Origin: Bacteroidales bacterium
Lineage (GTDB): Bacteria > Bacteroidota > Bacteroidia > Bacteroidales > ML635J-15
Reading direction: 5' to 3'
Assembly: GCA_017526205.1 (NCBI GenBank)
Contig: JAFXRP010000201.1
Coordinates: forward strand, 11,404-43,403
DNA length: 32,000 nucleotides
Shown: positions 1 through 8,283 of the stretch, piece after piece
Position numbering within the stretch: the first letter of the stretch is position 1
How the letters are laid out: each line of letters starts with the position of its first letter
Made by a program: the position numbers and the translations under genes
The notes under the pieces: model-generated
Seen by the model: the letters and a program-made list of their open reading frames with translations, nothing else
Database searches by the model: none
What the model was told of the DNA's origin: nothing

Positions 1-498
1 TCCTCCTTTGGCATGCAAAGTTCACCGATAATTCTGTTTATCTCATGGAAAGGTGCATTTTCCGGCCATTTCATGTAACCGTGAGAGTCGAATCTCTTGT
101 CGCCGAACCTAACCGACACCGACCAGTTGTCGCCATCGAAGACATCGGTGGCATAATAATCGCGTTCCCATTTTTGTACATTGGCATCAACTAGCAGTTT
201 GCCAACCTCGACAAGTTTTTCGCGTGGCACATTGCTTACTACATGCTCTTTGCATGGAATTGTGTCGTCTATCATCATCCGGAAGTTGCATTCCTTTATG
301 CTTGCTGTTATAACACCATCCTTTTCGTATATGCTATAGTCGTAGCGTTGTCCTGAATAGCCGTTTCCGACATGATACTGATAAAAAGTAAGGTCTTCGC
401 CCTTTAGTCCGTCGCCACTAAAGCAGAACGACATGCAAACGCCAAGCAATGCCACAAGCACAACTGCTATCGTAGTGTACAAAATCAGTTTTTTCATA
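1..498 (-). CDS. hypothetical exported/lipoprotein-like protein, partial (continues past the window start); 5' end apparently frameshifted
   Basis: My own minus-strand translation: the frame with codons starting at 479, 476... is open from 485 down to 1. It reads YTTIAVVLVALLGVCMSFCFSGDGLKGEDLTFYQYHVGNGYSGQRYDYSIYEKDG...VQKWERDYYATDVFDGDNWSVSVRFGDKRFDSHGYMKWPENAPFHEINRIIGELCMPKE. The only upstream ATG (498-496, MKKLIL) is in a different frame and reaches TAG after 26 codons. In-frame alternative starts are GTG 461, GTG 455, TTG 449 and ATG 434. Confidence 0.55.
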
Positions 499-522
499 CA
501 GCCGTAGTTTTATTATTGATGC

Positions 523-530
523 AAAGTTAA
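523..530 (-). promoter_or_regulatory. Bacteroides-type -7 promoter box (TAnnTTTG on the minus strand; CAAAgtTA on plus)
   Basis: Exact match to the TAnnTTTG consensus, 25 nt upstream of the ATG at 498. Confidence 0.4.
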
Positions 531-611
531 TGAAAATTATTGGAGGTTGGCGAAGTTTTTTGGTTGAAAAGAAGACATTTATTAAATGTGTATATTTTCA
601 GAAAATATGAT

Positions 612-619
612 TATATTTG
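612..619 (+). promoter_or_regulatory. Bacteroides-type -7 promoter box TAtaTTTG
   Basis: Exact consensus match, 22 nt upstream of the ATG at 641. Confidence 0.45.
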
Positions 620-640
620 CAGATGTAAATATGTAACGTT

Positions 641-2281
641 ATGAGAAAAGTACTATTATCATTTTTGTCGTTGTTTTTTGTGCTTGTCGTCTATGCGCAA
701 AACATTACTGTGTCGTTTACAGGAATTACGCAGAATGGCGAATACCAGAGGCTCGACAGTGTTGTAATTCACAACTATTCGCAGAGATGGGACAGAACTG
801 CCATATATCCTGACACCGTAATGGTTGCAATACTTAATGGAATTAATGGTTCTGTTGCAGATGCCGAAATGCTTTCATGTGCGCCGAATCCTTTTGATGG
901 CGAAACCGATTTTGTTGTGAATTTACCTCAGGATGGTGCTGTTTCAATAAAAGTCTTTGATGTGTCGGGGCGTATGTTTGCCGAGTATAATGGAAACGCA
1001 ATGGCTGGTTCCAATATGTTTGGTATCAGTTTGTTGCAGCCAAATGTCTATTTTCTTTCAGTAACGTCAAACGGAACTACGTCCACCATAAAGCTTATGA
1101 ACATTGGTTCTGGCAATGCTGATCGTATTTGGAGCAAAGGCACAATGGCTAGCGAAAAGATTGTTGTCAGTGGTGATTTCAATCTTAACGATGTAATGAG
1201 ATACACAGGCTATACTACATATAATGGTGTTCCGCGTACAAGTACGCCAGTGACTAAAGTGCAGACAGGAAGCGAGGACATATCCCTTGAATTTGATATT
1301 TTCCCTTGCCCACCTCCTTCGCTTACCGAAATAGATGTAGAAAGATGTGCTGCATATACATTGGGCGGCGAGACTTATACCGAAAGCGGAGATTATGTTT
1401 TGACATTACAAGATGTCCATGGCTGCGATAGCATTGTACTTTTGCATTTAACTATAACAAACAATGGCATTCCCGTGTATAGCGAGGTAGAGATAAATAC
1501 CTGTGCCGACCCGTTTGTGTACAATGGCGAGACTTTTACCGAAAGCGGTGGTTATCAGCAGGTGCTTACGGCTGCCAACGGTTGTGACAGCATTGTACTA
1601 TTGTGGTTGCATTTGGGAACTGGTGTGTATGACGAGCGTGATGGGAATTCGTACTGCTCCATTACTTTGGGCGAACAGGAGTGGCTCTCGGAAAATATGC
1701 GCTATCTGCCGAGTGTAAATTATCTGACTGATGCATCTGTCGCAGATGCGAGGTATTATGTATATGATTATGACGGTACGGATGTAAATGAAGCCAGAAA
1801 TAATCCGAACTACAGCGAGTTTGGAGTTTTGTATAACTGGCGTGCTGCACAGACGGCCTGTCCTGCTGGTTGGCATTTGCCTAGCGATGACGAATGGTCG
1901 CAGTTGGAGGTGTATTTGCAGAACAATGGCTTTAATTATGACGATTATATTGATACGGATAACGATAGGGAAACGCATAATGTAATAGCTAAGTCGTTGG
2001 CATCGACTAGTGGTTGGGTTGATTCTGGAATAGTAAATACTCCAGGATGGTTGCAACCTAAGAACAATACAAGCAGTTTCAATGGTAAACCGGCTGGAAT
2101 GAAAATTGCCACTTCTCATTTTCAAGAAAAAGGGAATCGTACTTGGTGGTGGACTTCTGATACAGAATATGGTGATTCTAGTAGTGCGTGGGATAGGAGA
2201 CTTAGATATGATTTGGAAGAGTTGAGCAAAACGCACAATCACAAGAGTGTTGGTGTTAGTGTAAGGTGTTTGCGAAATTAA
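641..2281 (+). CDS. secreted FISUMP-domain protein (Fibrobacter succinogenes major paralogous domain) with an internal T9SS-CTD-like beta-sandwich and two Cys-framed repeats
   Basis: 546-aa ORF. Signal peptide MRKVLLSFLSLFFVLVVYAQ. aa 78-155 (APNPFDGETDFVVNL..VSIKVFDVSGRM..NVYFLSV..TIKLMNIG) resembles the Por secretion tail. aa 236-325 holds two C..Y..G.TYTESG.Y....GCDSIVLL.L repeats. The C-terminal ~215 aa carries FISUMP hallmarks (DERDGNSY..IG.QEW..ENMRY..YNW..A...CPAGWHLPSDDEW..L...GVSVRCLRN). Confidence 0.85.
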   Translation: MRKVLLSFLSLFFVLVVYAQNITVSFTGITQNGEYQRLDSVVIHNYSQRWDRTAIYPDTVMVAILNGINGSVADAEMLSCAPNPFDGETDFVVNLPQDGAVSIKVFDVSGRMFAEYNGNAMAGSNMFGISLLQPNVYFLSVTSNGTTSTIKLMNIGSGNADRIWSKGTMASEKIVVSGDFNLNDVMRYTGYTTYNGVPRTSTPVTKVQTGSEDISLEFDIFPCPPPSLTEIDVERCAAYTLGGETYTESGDYVLTLQDVHGCDSIVLLHLTITNNGIPVYSEVEINTCADPFVYNGETFTESGGYQQVLTAANGCDSIVLLWLHLGTGVYDERDGNSYCSITLGEQEWLSENMRYLPSVNYLTDASVADARYYVYDYDGTDVNEARNNPNYSEFGVLYNWRAAQTACPAGWHLPSDDEWSQLEVYLQNNGFNYDDYIDTDNDRETHNVIAKSLASTSGWVDSGIVNTPGWLQPKNNTSSFNGKPAGMKIATSHFQEKGNRTWWWTSDTEYGDSSSAWDRRLRYDLEELSKTHNHKSVGVSVRCLRN

Positions 2282-2304
2282 TTTGTTGATAATAATTGTA
2301 GATT

Positions 2305-3948
2305 ATGAAAAAGATAACTTTGATATTGTCTGGTTTGTTGCTTGTGGTTGTTTCATTTGCACAGGATATAGTGATTTCGTTTACTGGTGTAAATGCGAAT
2401 GGCGGCTATCAGAGGCTCGACAGCGTTGTAATCCATAACTATTCGCAGGGCTGGGAGAGGACTGCTGTTTATCCCGATACCACGATGATTGCAAGAATTA
2501 CTGACATTGAGAATCATAGCATTGACAATTATATGCTATCATCAAACGTACCTAATCCGTTTGATGGGAAAACCGAATTTGAACTCTCTGTACATGAGGT
2601 TGGCAATGTTTTGGTGTCAGTATGCGATATGGCAGGACGAAATTATGCAAGTTTTGACGGAAATCTTGATGCTGGAATACATCGTTTCGAAGTTGTGCTT
2701 TCTGAACCAAAGGTTTATGTACTGTCGGCTATTGTCAATGGCATGACGAGTTCCATCAAGATGGTAAATCTTGGCCATGGCAATGCAAATGCAATTGTTC
2801 ATAAAGGCTATTCTGCTGAAAGTAAGATTGTCGTCAGTGGCGATTTTAATCTTAACGATGTGATGAAATACATAGGATATGCAACATATAATGGTGTGTT
2901 GCATACAAGTACACCAGTGACAAAAGTGCAGACAGGAAGCGAGAACATATCCCTTGAATTTGATATTGTTGATTGTTCAACTCCGTCGCTTACAGAAATT
3001 AATGTTGAAAGATGTGTAGCATATACTTGGGGCGGTGAAACTTATACAGAAAGTGGCGATTATGTTCAGACTTTGCAAGATGTCAATGGTTGCGATAGCG
3101 TTGTACTTTTGCATTTAACTATTACTAACAATGGCATTCCCGTGTATAGCGAGGTAGAGATAAATACCTGTGCCGACCCGTTTGTGTACAATGGTGTTAC
3201 ATATACGGAAAGTGGTGGCTATCAGCAGGTGCTTACTGCTGCAAACGGTTGTGACAGCATTGTGTTGTTGTGGTTGCATTTGGGTTCAGGAGTGTATGAC
3301 GAGCGCGATGGAAATTCATATTGCTCCATTATGATAGGAGAACAGGAATGGCTGGCTGAGAATATGCGCTATCTGCCGAGTGTAAATTTTTATAGTGATG
3401 CTTCTGTTGTTGATGCTAAATATTATGTGTATGGATACGATGGGGAGGATGTTGAGGCAGCAAAAGAGAATCCGAATTATGCAGAATATGGAGCATGGTA
3501 CAATTGGAAGGCAGCTCTGACGGCATGTCCTGCCGGTTGGCATTTGCCTAGTGATGACGAATGGACTGAGCTTGAGGTATATCTTCAGAACAATGGCTAT
3601 AATTTTGATGATTATATTGATACAGATAGCGATAGGGAAACGCATAATGTAATTGCAAAGTCGCTGGCATCGACTAGTGGTTGGGTGGAATCTGATGTTG
3701 AGAACTCTCCGGGATGGTTGCAGCCTAAGAATAATACAAGCAGTTTTAATGGGAAACCTGCTGGTCATAGATGGGTTGATTCCCAATTTATGGGAATTGG
3801 CCTATATGGTTTTTGGTGGTCTTCTACAACTCAATCTGGTGATAATAACAGTGCATGGGATAGAAAGATACATAATGATAGTGTCGCAATGGGAAAGACA
3901 CGCAATAGCAAAACGCTTGGTTTTAGTGTAAGGTGTTTGCGAAATTAA
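2305..3948 (+). CDS. secreted FISUMP-domain protein, tandem paralog of 641..2281
   Basis: 547-aa ORF. Signal peptide MKKITLILSGLLLVVVSFAQ. Same architecture as the upstream gene, with the internal CTD-like segment at aa 77-157. It shares a 68-nt perfectly identical run with the upstream paralog. Confidence 0.85.
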   Translation: MKKITLILSGLLLVVVSFAQDIVISFTGVNANGGYQRLDSVVIHNYSQGWERTAVYPDTTMIARITDIENHSIDNYMLSSNVPNPFDGKTEFELSVHEVGNVLVSVCDMAGRNYASFDGNLDAGIHRFEVVLSEPKVYVLSAIVNGMTSSIKMVNLGHGNANAIVHKGYSAESKIVVSGDFNLNDVMKYIGYATYNGVLHTSTPVTKVQTGSENISLEFDIVDCSTPSLTEINVERCVAYTWGGETYTESGDYVQTLQDVNGCDSVVLLHLTITNNGIPVYSEVEINTCADPFVYNGVTYTESGGYQQVLTAANGCDSIVLLWLHLGSGVYDERDGNSYCSIMIGEQEWLAENMRYLPSVNFYSDASVVDAKYYVYGYDGEDVEAAKENPNYAEYGAWYNWKAALTACPAGWHLPSDDEWTELEVYLQNNGYNFDDYIDTDSDRETHNVIAKSLASTSGWVESDVENSPGWLQPKNNTSSFNGKPAGHRWVDSQFMGIGLYGFWWSSTTQSGDNNSAWDRKIHNDSVAMGKTRNSKTLGFSVRCLRN

Positions 3949-3973
3949 TTCATATTGATTGTATTTTGTCTTT

Positions 3974-4057
3974 TCGGCTCAAATCGAATGTCTTTTTCTT
4001 CTTTTTAGGTGCATGAGAGTGCCGATAATGTCATATATTGGGGCAAATTTGAGCCGA
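3974..4057. other. long-range inverted repeat (11 bp arms: tcggctcaaat / atttgagccga) followed by a T-rich tract
   Basis: Arms at 3974-3984 and 4047-4057 are exact reverse complements. The element sits between the FISUMP-2 stop and the next promoter box. A terminator role is possible but unproven. Confidence 0.25.
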
Positions 4058-4081
4058 TTTGTTTATTCCGTAAAACTTTAT

Positions 4082-4089
4082 TAATTTTG
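4082..4089 (+). promoter_or_regulatory. Bacteroides-type -7 promoter box TAatTTTG
   Basis: Exact consensus match, 29 nt upstream of the ATG at 4118, which is the first gene of the five-gene cassette. Confidence 0.45.
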
Positions 4090-4117
4090 CAAGTTATTTT
4101 ACAAGCCTAAAAGGTAT

Positions 4118-4723
4118 ATGTCGAAAATAAAATTCATATTCGATTTAGACGGGACGATAACTTCCGAGGAAACTTTGCCCTTGATGGCAAAGCATTTCAA
4201 TGTGCAGGAGGAAATCGAACAGCTTACGCGCGAGACCATACAGGGCGACATTCCGTTTGTGGAAAGCTTTATACGCCGCGTTTTCATACTTGGTAAACTG
4301 CCCGTCGATGAGGTTGCTAATTTGTTGGAAAATGTAAATATGTATCCGGAACTTGTTGACTTTATCCGTGAGCACAAGGAACAGTGCGTTGTCGCAACGG
4401 GAAACTTGCTTTGCTGGTCGGAAAAGTTGCTTGCTAGACTTGGTTGCGAGGCTTATTGCTCCGATGCTATTGTCGAGAACAACAAAGTTGTAAAGCTGAC
4501 TAAAATTCTGCGCAAGGAAGTCGTGGTGGAGAAGTATCAGGAAGAAGGATACAAAGTTGTTTACATCGGCGACGGCAACAACGACATGGAAGCTATGCGT
4601 GTGGCCGATGTGGCAATAGCGGTAGGAATGACGCACTCTCCGTCGAAGAGTATTTTGCCTATAACTAATTATTTGATTTTTAATGAGAAAGCCTTATGTC
4701 GTCAGTTAAATCAGTTGTTATAA
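4118..4723 (+). CDS. HAD-superfamily subfamily IB hydrolase/phosphotransferase (phosphoserine-phosphatase/ThrH-like)
   Basis: 201 aa. HAD motif I FDLDGTIT and motif IV GDGNNDM are present, and the small helical cap is typical of HAD-IB. Confidence 0.8.
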   Translation: MSKIKFIFDLDGTITSEETLPLMAKHFNVQEEIEQLTRETIQGDIPFVESFIRRVFILGKLPVDEVANLLENVNMYPELVDFIREHKEQCVVATGNLLCWSEKLLARLGCEAYCSDAIVENNKVVKLTKILRKEVVVEKYQEEGYKVVYIGDGNNDMEAMRVADVAIAVGMTHSPSKSILPITNYLIFNEKALCRQLNQLL

Positions 4724-5328
4724 GTTGTGCGGGAATAGGTTCGCGTCTCGGATTGGGACAGACAAAGGCCTTGATTAAGATAAATGGCAAGTCGTTGATT
4801 GCATGGCAGTTGGAACTGTTTAAGGATGTCGAGGATGTTCGTATTGTCATCGGCTATCAGGCAAACGACATAATAGAGGAGGTGCTGAAGCACAGGAAAG
4901 ATGTGGTGTTTGTTTACAATCACCGTTATTTTGAGACAAAGACTGGTGCAAGTTTCTATCTGGGTGCTGTCGATGCAAAGGAATATGTGCTTGAATGGGA
5001 CGGCGACCTGCTTGTTCACCCCGACGATGTGAAGAAGATTCTAGCAACCGATGGTGAATTTATCTGCTATGCCGACAAGAGTTCCGACGAGGCTGTGTTT
5101 GTGCAGACTGATGAGAACGGCGATGTGCTGGCATTTTCGCGCGAGACTGGCGACTACGAATGGACAGGTCCTGCATGCATAATGAAGCGCAAGGTGCAAT
5201 ATTCGTCGGGTAATGTGTTCAACCAGCTCGAGCCTTATCTGCCAATGAAGGGAATAAAAGTAAGAGCTTACGACATAGATACTTACGATGATTATAAGAG
5301 AGTAATGGAAATAACAAAGAACTGGTAG
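4696..5328 (+). CDS. nucleotidyltransferase (MobA-like NTP transferase / LicC-like cytidylyltransferase fold)
   Basis: 210 aa. N-terminal nucleotide-binding loop VVISCAGIGSRLGLGQTKALIKINGKSLI. It overlaps the upstream gene by 28 nt. Confidence 0.75.
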   Translation: MSSVKSVVISCAGIGSRLGLGQTKALIKINGKSLIAWQLELFKDVEDVRIVIGYQANDIIEEVLKHRKDVVFVYNHRYFETKTGASFYLGAVDAKEYVLEWDGDLLVHPDDVKKILATDGEFICYADKSSDEAVFVQTDENGDVLAFSRETGDYEWTGPACIMKRKVQYSSGNVFNQLEPYLPMKGIKVRAYDIDTYDDYKRVMEITKNW

Positions 5329-5330
5329 TT

Positions 5331-6035
5331 ATGGTTGTTGGCGTAATAGGAGCGGCAGGAGTAGCGGCTACAAACATGCTTTGCGAATTAATCGAGGTGA
5401 AATATACTAGAAATGGCGCTTTTCGCGATTGTCATCACCCCGAAATGATTATTTACCAGGCTACACAGGCTCCATCAAGAAGCATGTACCTCGAAGGGAA
5501 AGGTCCCAGTTTTATAGATGACTATGTGAATGTAGGAATCAAACTGAAAAATGCTGGTGCCGAAACAATTTGCATGTGCTGCAATACTGCCCATTATGCT
5601 TTGCCGGAAATCGAAAGCAAGGTTGGCGTGAAATTCATAAACCTTATAGAGGAAGTCGCTTTGAAATGTAAGCAATCTGGAGCAAAAAAGGTTGGACTTG
5701 TAGCTTCCGACGGCTGCCTTGGCGGAAAGGTTTATGAGCGTTACTTCGCCGAAATTTGTCCCGATGTGGAACTGGTTTATCCCGATGCTGATGTGCAGAA
5801 AAATGTTACTAAAGGCATCTGCAATGTAAAAAACATACATAGGTTTGATGCAATGGATTCGTCAGAAAGACCTGCTCGTATATTCGAGGAAGTTAGAAAA
5901 CATCTGGTAGGCAAGGGGTGTGATATTGTTGTAATGGGCTGCACCGACATTAGGGTTGACTATCATTCCGACGATTTGCATGTAATAGATTCGTTGGAAG
6001 TGCTTGCCGACAAAATATATGATTTGACAAAATAA
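5331..6035 (+). CDS. Asp/Glu/hydantoin racemase superfamily protein (aspartate-racemase-like)
   Basis: 234 aa. Two catalytic-Cys motifs at the expected spacing (CNTAHYA and MGCTD), plus N-terminal VIGAAGVAAT in place of the GGMGP.AT loop. Confidence 0.8.
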   Translation: MVVGVIGAAGVAATNMLCELIEVKYTRNGAFRDCHHPEMIIYQATQAPSRSMYLEGKGPSFIDDYVNVGIKLKNAGAETICMCCNTAHYALPEIESKVGVKFINLIEEVALKCKQSGAKKVGLVASDGCLGGKVYERYFAEICPDVELVYPDADVQKNVTKGICNVKNIHRFDAMDSSERPARIFEEVRKHLVGKGCDIVVMGCTDIRVDYHSDDLHVIDSLEVLADKIYDLTK

Positions 6036-6041
6036 AGAGCG

Positions 6042-6680
6042 ATGAAGAATAAGGAAGCATTGGATTTTTTTGAAAAAATGTCGCAAAATACAAACGACCA
6101 GAAGTCGGTGAAGCTTGCAAATGCAAGCGATTTTTCGCAGATGGATGCCGACTTTATCCTGAAATATTGCAATGCAAATACCGAAATGCTGGATTTGGGC
6201 AGTGGTACAGGGCTTGTGATAAACAAAATGTACGACAAAGTCAAGACTGTTGTTGCTGTAGAACCGTTTGCTTCATTTACTAAGTTTATTGTCAATTCTC
6301 CCAATGTGGAAGTTGTAAACCAGACTTTTGACGAGTATTCACCAAGTGACAGACCTTTCGACTTGATTACAATATTCGGCACCATGCACTATTTCAACGA
6401 GGAAGAATCGGTAAAGATTTATTCCAAATATTTCCGAAATCTAAAGAAAGGTGGCAGGCTGATTGTCAAGAATCAGTTTGGCGTAACCGAAGATGTTACT
6501 GTGGAAGGCTATTCTGAAGAACAGAAAACCAACTATTTTGCACAATATAGGCATCTCGACAAGGAAATGGCTAACTTGAGGAGAATAGGCTTCTGTAAAA
6601 CAGAGAGTTTCGACATTTATCCGCCCGAATGCAACAGGTGGACTAATACTCACTTTTATGCAATAGTAGCAGAAAAATAA
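6042..6680 (+). CDS. class I SAM-dependent methyltransferase
   Basis: 212 aa. SAM-binding motif I MLDLGSGTGLV, followed by an acidic residue after beta-2 (VVAVEP). Confidence 0.75.
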   Translation: MKNKEALDFFEKMSQNTNDQKSVKLANASDFSQMDADFILKYCNANTEMLDLGSGTGLVINKMYDKVKTVVAVEPFASFTKFIVNSPNVEVVNQTFDEYSPSDRPFDLITIFGTMHYFNEEESVKIYSKYFRNLKKGGRLIVKNQFGVTEDVTVEGYSEEQKTNYFAQYRHLDKEMANLRRIGFCKTESFDIYPPECNRWTNTHFYAIVAEK

Positions 6681-6689
6681 ACTTATACT

Positions 6690-7385
6690 ATGAGAAAACT
6701 TTTAGTGAAAATAGCATCGGCTTTGGGCATATATAAGTTTATTGTCAAAAAAGCTAACAAATACATTGAGCGTAAAGAGGCAAAGGCAATAAAGAAAAGA
6801 GGTATTGATGTCCTTGCAAAAGTCGATGCAATGATGCGCGAGCGCAATATCAAGGTGTTTTTCTGCTTTGGACTTTTGCTTGGCGCATATCGTGAAAAAG
6901 GATTCATTCCGTACGATTTCGACATTGATCTTGGTATGCTCGCATCCGAACGCCCTGATAACATCATCGATATATTCAAGGAAAATGGCTTTACTTTTTT
7001 AAAGCAGTCGTATATAAAATCAAATGGACGCATTACTATTGACCAGTTCAAATACGATGGTGTTCCTATTGACATATATTACTATTATGACTTTGACGAA
7101 CAAAGAATAGCTTGCAGTCCCCCACGAAAGCACGAATTCAAGGATTGGCGTACGGCAAATGAAACAGATGGATTCCCAACTTTTATTTTTCCAGTAGAGA
7201 GAACTGAATTTGAGGAAGTTGAATTCCTTGGACATAAATTCTACATGGCAACTAAGGCTGAATCGTGGCTACGCGATATTTATGGAGAAGATTTTATGAC
7301 TCCAGTGAGAGAATGGACGGAAAAAACTCGGAAAACTTGTATTATTGCATCACCTGAGCGTCAGTACAGGCGGCTTGATATGTAG
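6690..7385 (+). CDS. LicD-family phosphotransferase (phosphocholine/phospho-alcohol transferase family)
   Basis: 231 aa. Diagnostic LicD motif FGLLLGAYREKGFIPYDFDIDLGM and a downstream IDIYYYY element. Confidence 0.8.
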   Translation: MRKLLVKIASALGIYKFIVKKANKYIERKEAKAIKKRGIDVLAKVDAMMRERNIKVFFCFGLLLGAYREKGFIPYDFDIDLGMLASERPDNIIDIFKENGFTFLKQSYIKSNGRITIDQFKYDGVPIDIYYYYDFDEQRIACSPPRKHEFKDWRTANETDGFPTFIFPVERTEFEEVEFLGHKFYMATKAESWLRDIYGEDFMTPVREWTEKTRKTCIIASPERQYRRLDM

Positions 7386-8283
7386 CTGTCCTTAATCCTT
7401 TGCTTACATTCTTCCTGAACTTCAGCATTATCTTCGCAGTGTAGGACCTGAATGTTAGTGTATAATATGTTGCAAGCACTAGAGTTCCACACCATTTTAC
7501 AAATTCTTGAAAATGACGCTTGTGCAGGCTTCGCTTTCCTGCGGAAGTGCAGCGTATCTGTTCGCTGATGCCAACGCCTAAGCCAACCCGCTCTATGTAT
7601 TCTTCCGTTGTACGTGATTCGGGGATTATGTGTTCTATTTCAACATCGGGGAAATAGTATATTTCCATCCCCAAACCTTTAATTTTGAGAAAAATGTCCT
7701 TTTCTTCGCCACCGAGAAGAATGTTCCCTGTGCGACCAAGCTCGGTGTTGAAATAACCGCTTTTTTCGAGGCATTGCCTTCTGAAGCCCATGTTTGCACC
7801 GATTGGGTACTTGTGTTTGCCGTATTTTTGCGTCTTGTCGGGGCTGTTGGTTGCCGAAATCAACGAATACATCCAGCGGTTAAGCCACTTGGGAGGATGT
7901 CCGGCTTCGAATCGTGGCGTTATCTTTCCGCCGAAAGCCATCAGGTCCGGCGTATTGTCGAGGTTCGTCTTTAGATTTCTAATGTAATCGGACTTTACGA
8001 CAACATCATCGTCAAGAAAGACAAGGAAGTCGCCTCGGCTTTCGGCGATGCCCTTGTTGCGAGCAAACGAAAGTCCTTGCTTGCTTTCTGTGCAGTACCT
8101 TAAATTGACATCGGGAAAATTCGCAGTAAACTGCTTGCATTTTTCTTCGGTGTCGTCGGTGCTGTTGTTGTTGATGAGTACGATTTCGTATTCGTCGTGG
8201 GGAAAGTCGTTGCTGGCGATGCTTGCAAGGGCATCGTATAGGTACTTGGCTCGGTTGTATGTGCAGACGATTATCGAAATCAT
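7342..8283 (-). CDS. family 2 glycosyltransferase (GT-A fold)
   Basis: 313 aa. ISIIVCTYNRAKYL, NNNSTDDT, and the DxD motif in FLDDDVVV. The start ATG overlaps the stop of the upstream GT4 gene (ATGA). Confidence 0.85.
   Translation of the reverse strand: MISIIVCTYNRAKYLYDALASIASNDFPHDEYEIVLINNNSTDDTEEKCKQFTANFPDVNLRYCTESKQGLSFARNKGIAESRGDFLVFLDDDVVVKSDYIRNLKTNLDNTPDLMAFGGKITPRFEAGHPPKWLNRWMYSLISATNSPDKTQKYGKHKYPIGANMGFRRQCLEKSGYFNTELGRTGNILLGGEEKDIFLKIKGLGMEIYYFPDVEIEHIIPESRTTEEYIERVGLGVGISEQIRCTSAGKRSLHKRHFQEFVKWCGTLVLATYYTLTFRSYTAKIMLKFRKNVSKGLRTATYQAACTDAQVMQ

Noticed and set aside
1598-2242. Long antisense or overlapping ORFs inside confident genes (1598..2242, 3316..3786, 4145..4636, 8485..9114, 10244..10768, 10614..11081, 12301..12744, 27272..27844, 30273..30638, 30958..31635 and smaller ones)
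   Set aside because: Each lies wholly inside a gene with strong motif support on the other strand or frame. Their translations are low-complexity (Ile/Arg/Cys/Ser-rich) with no motifs, which is typical of shadow ORFs.
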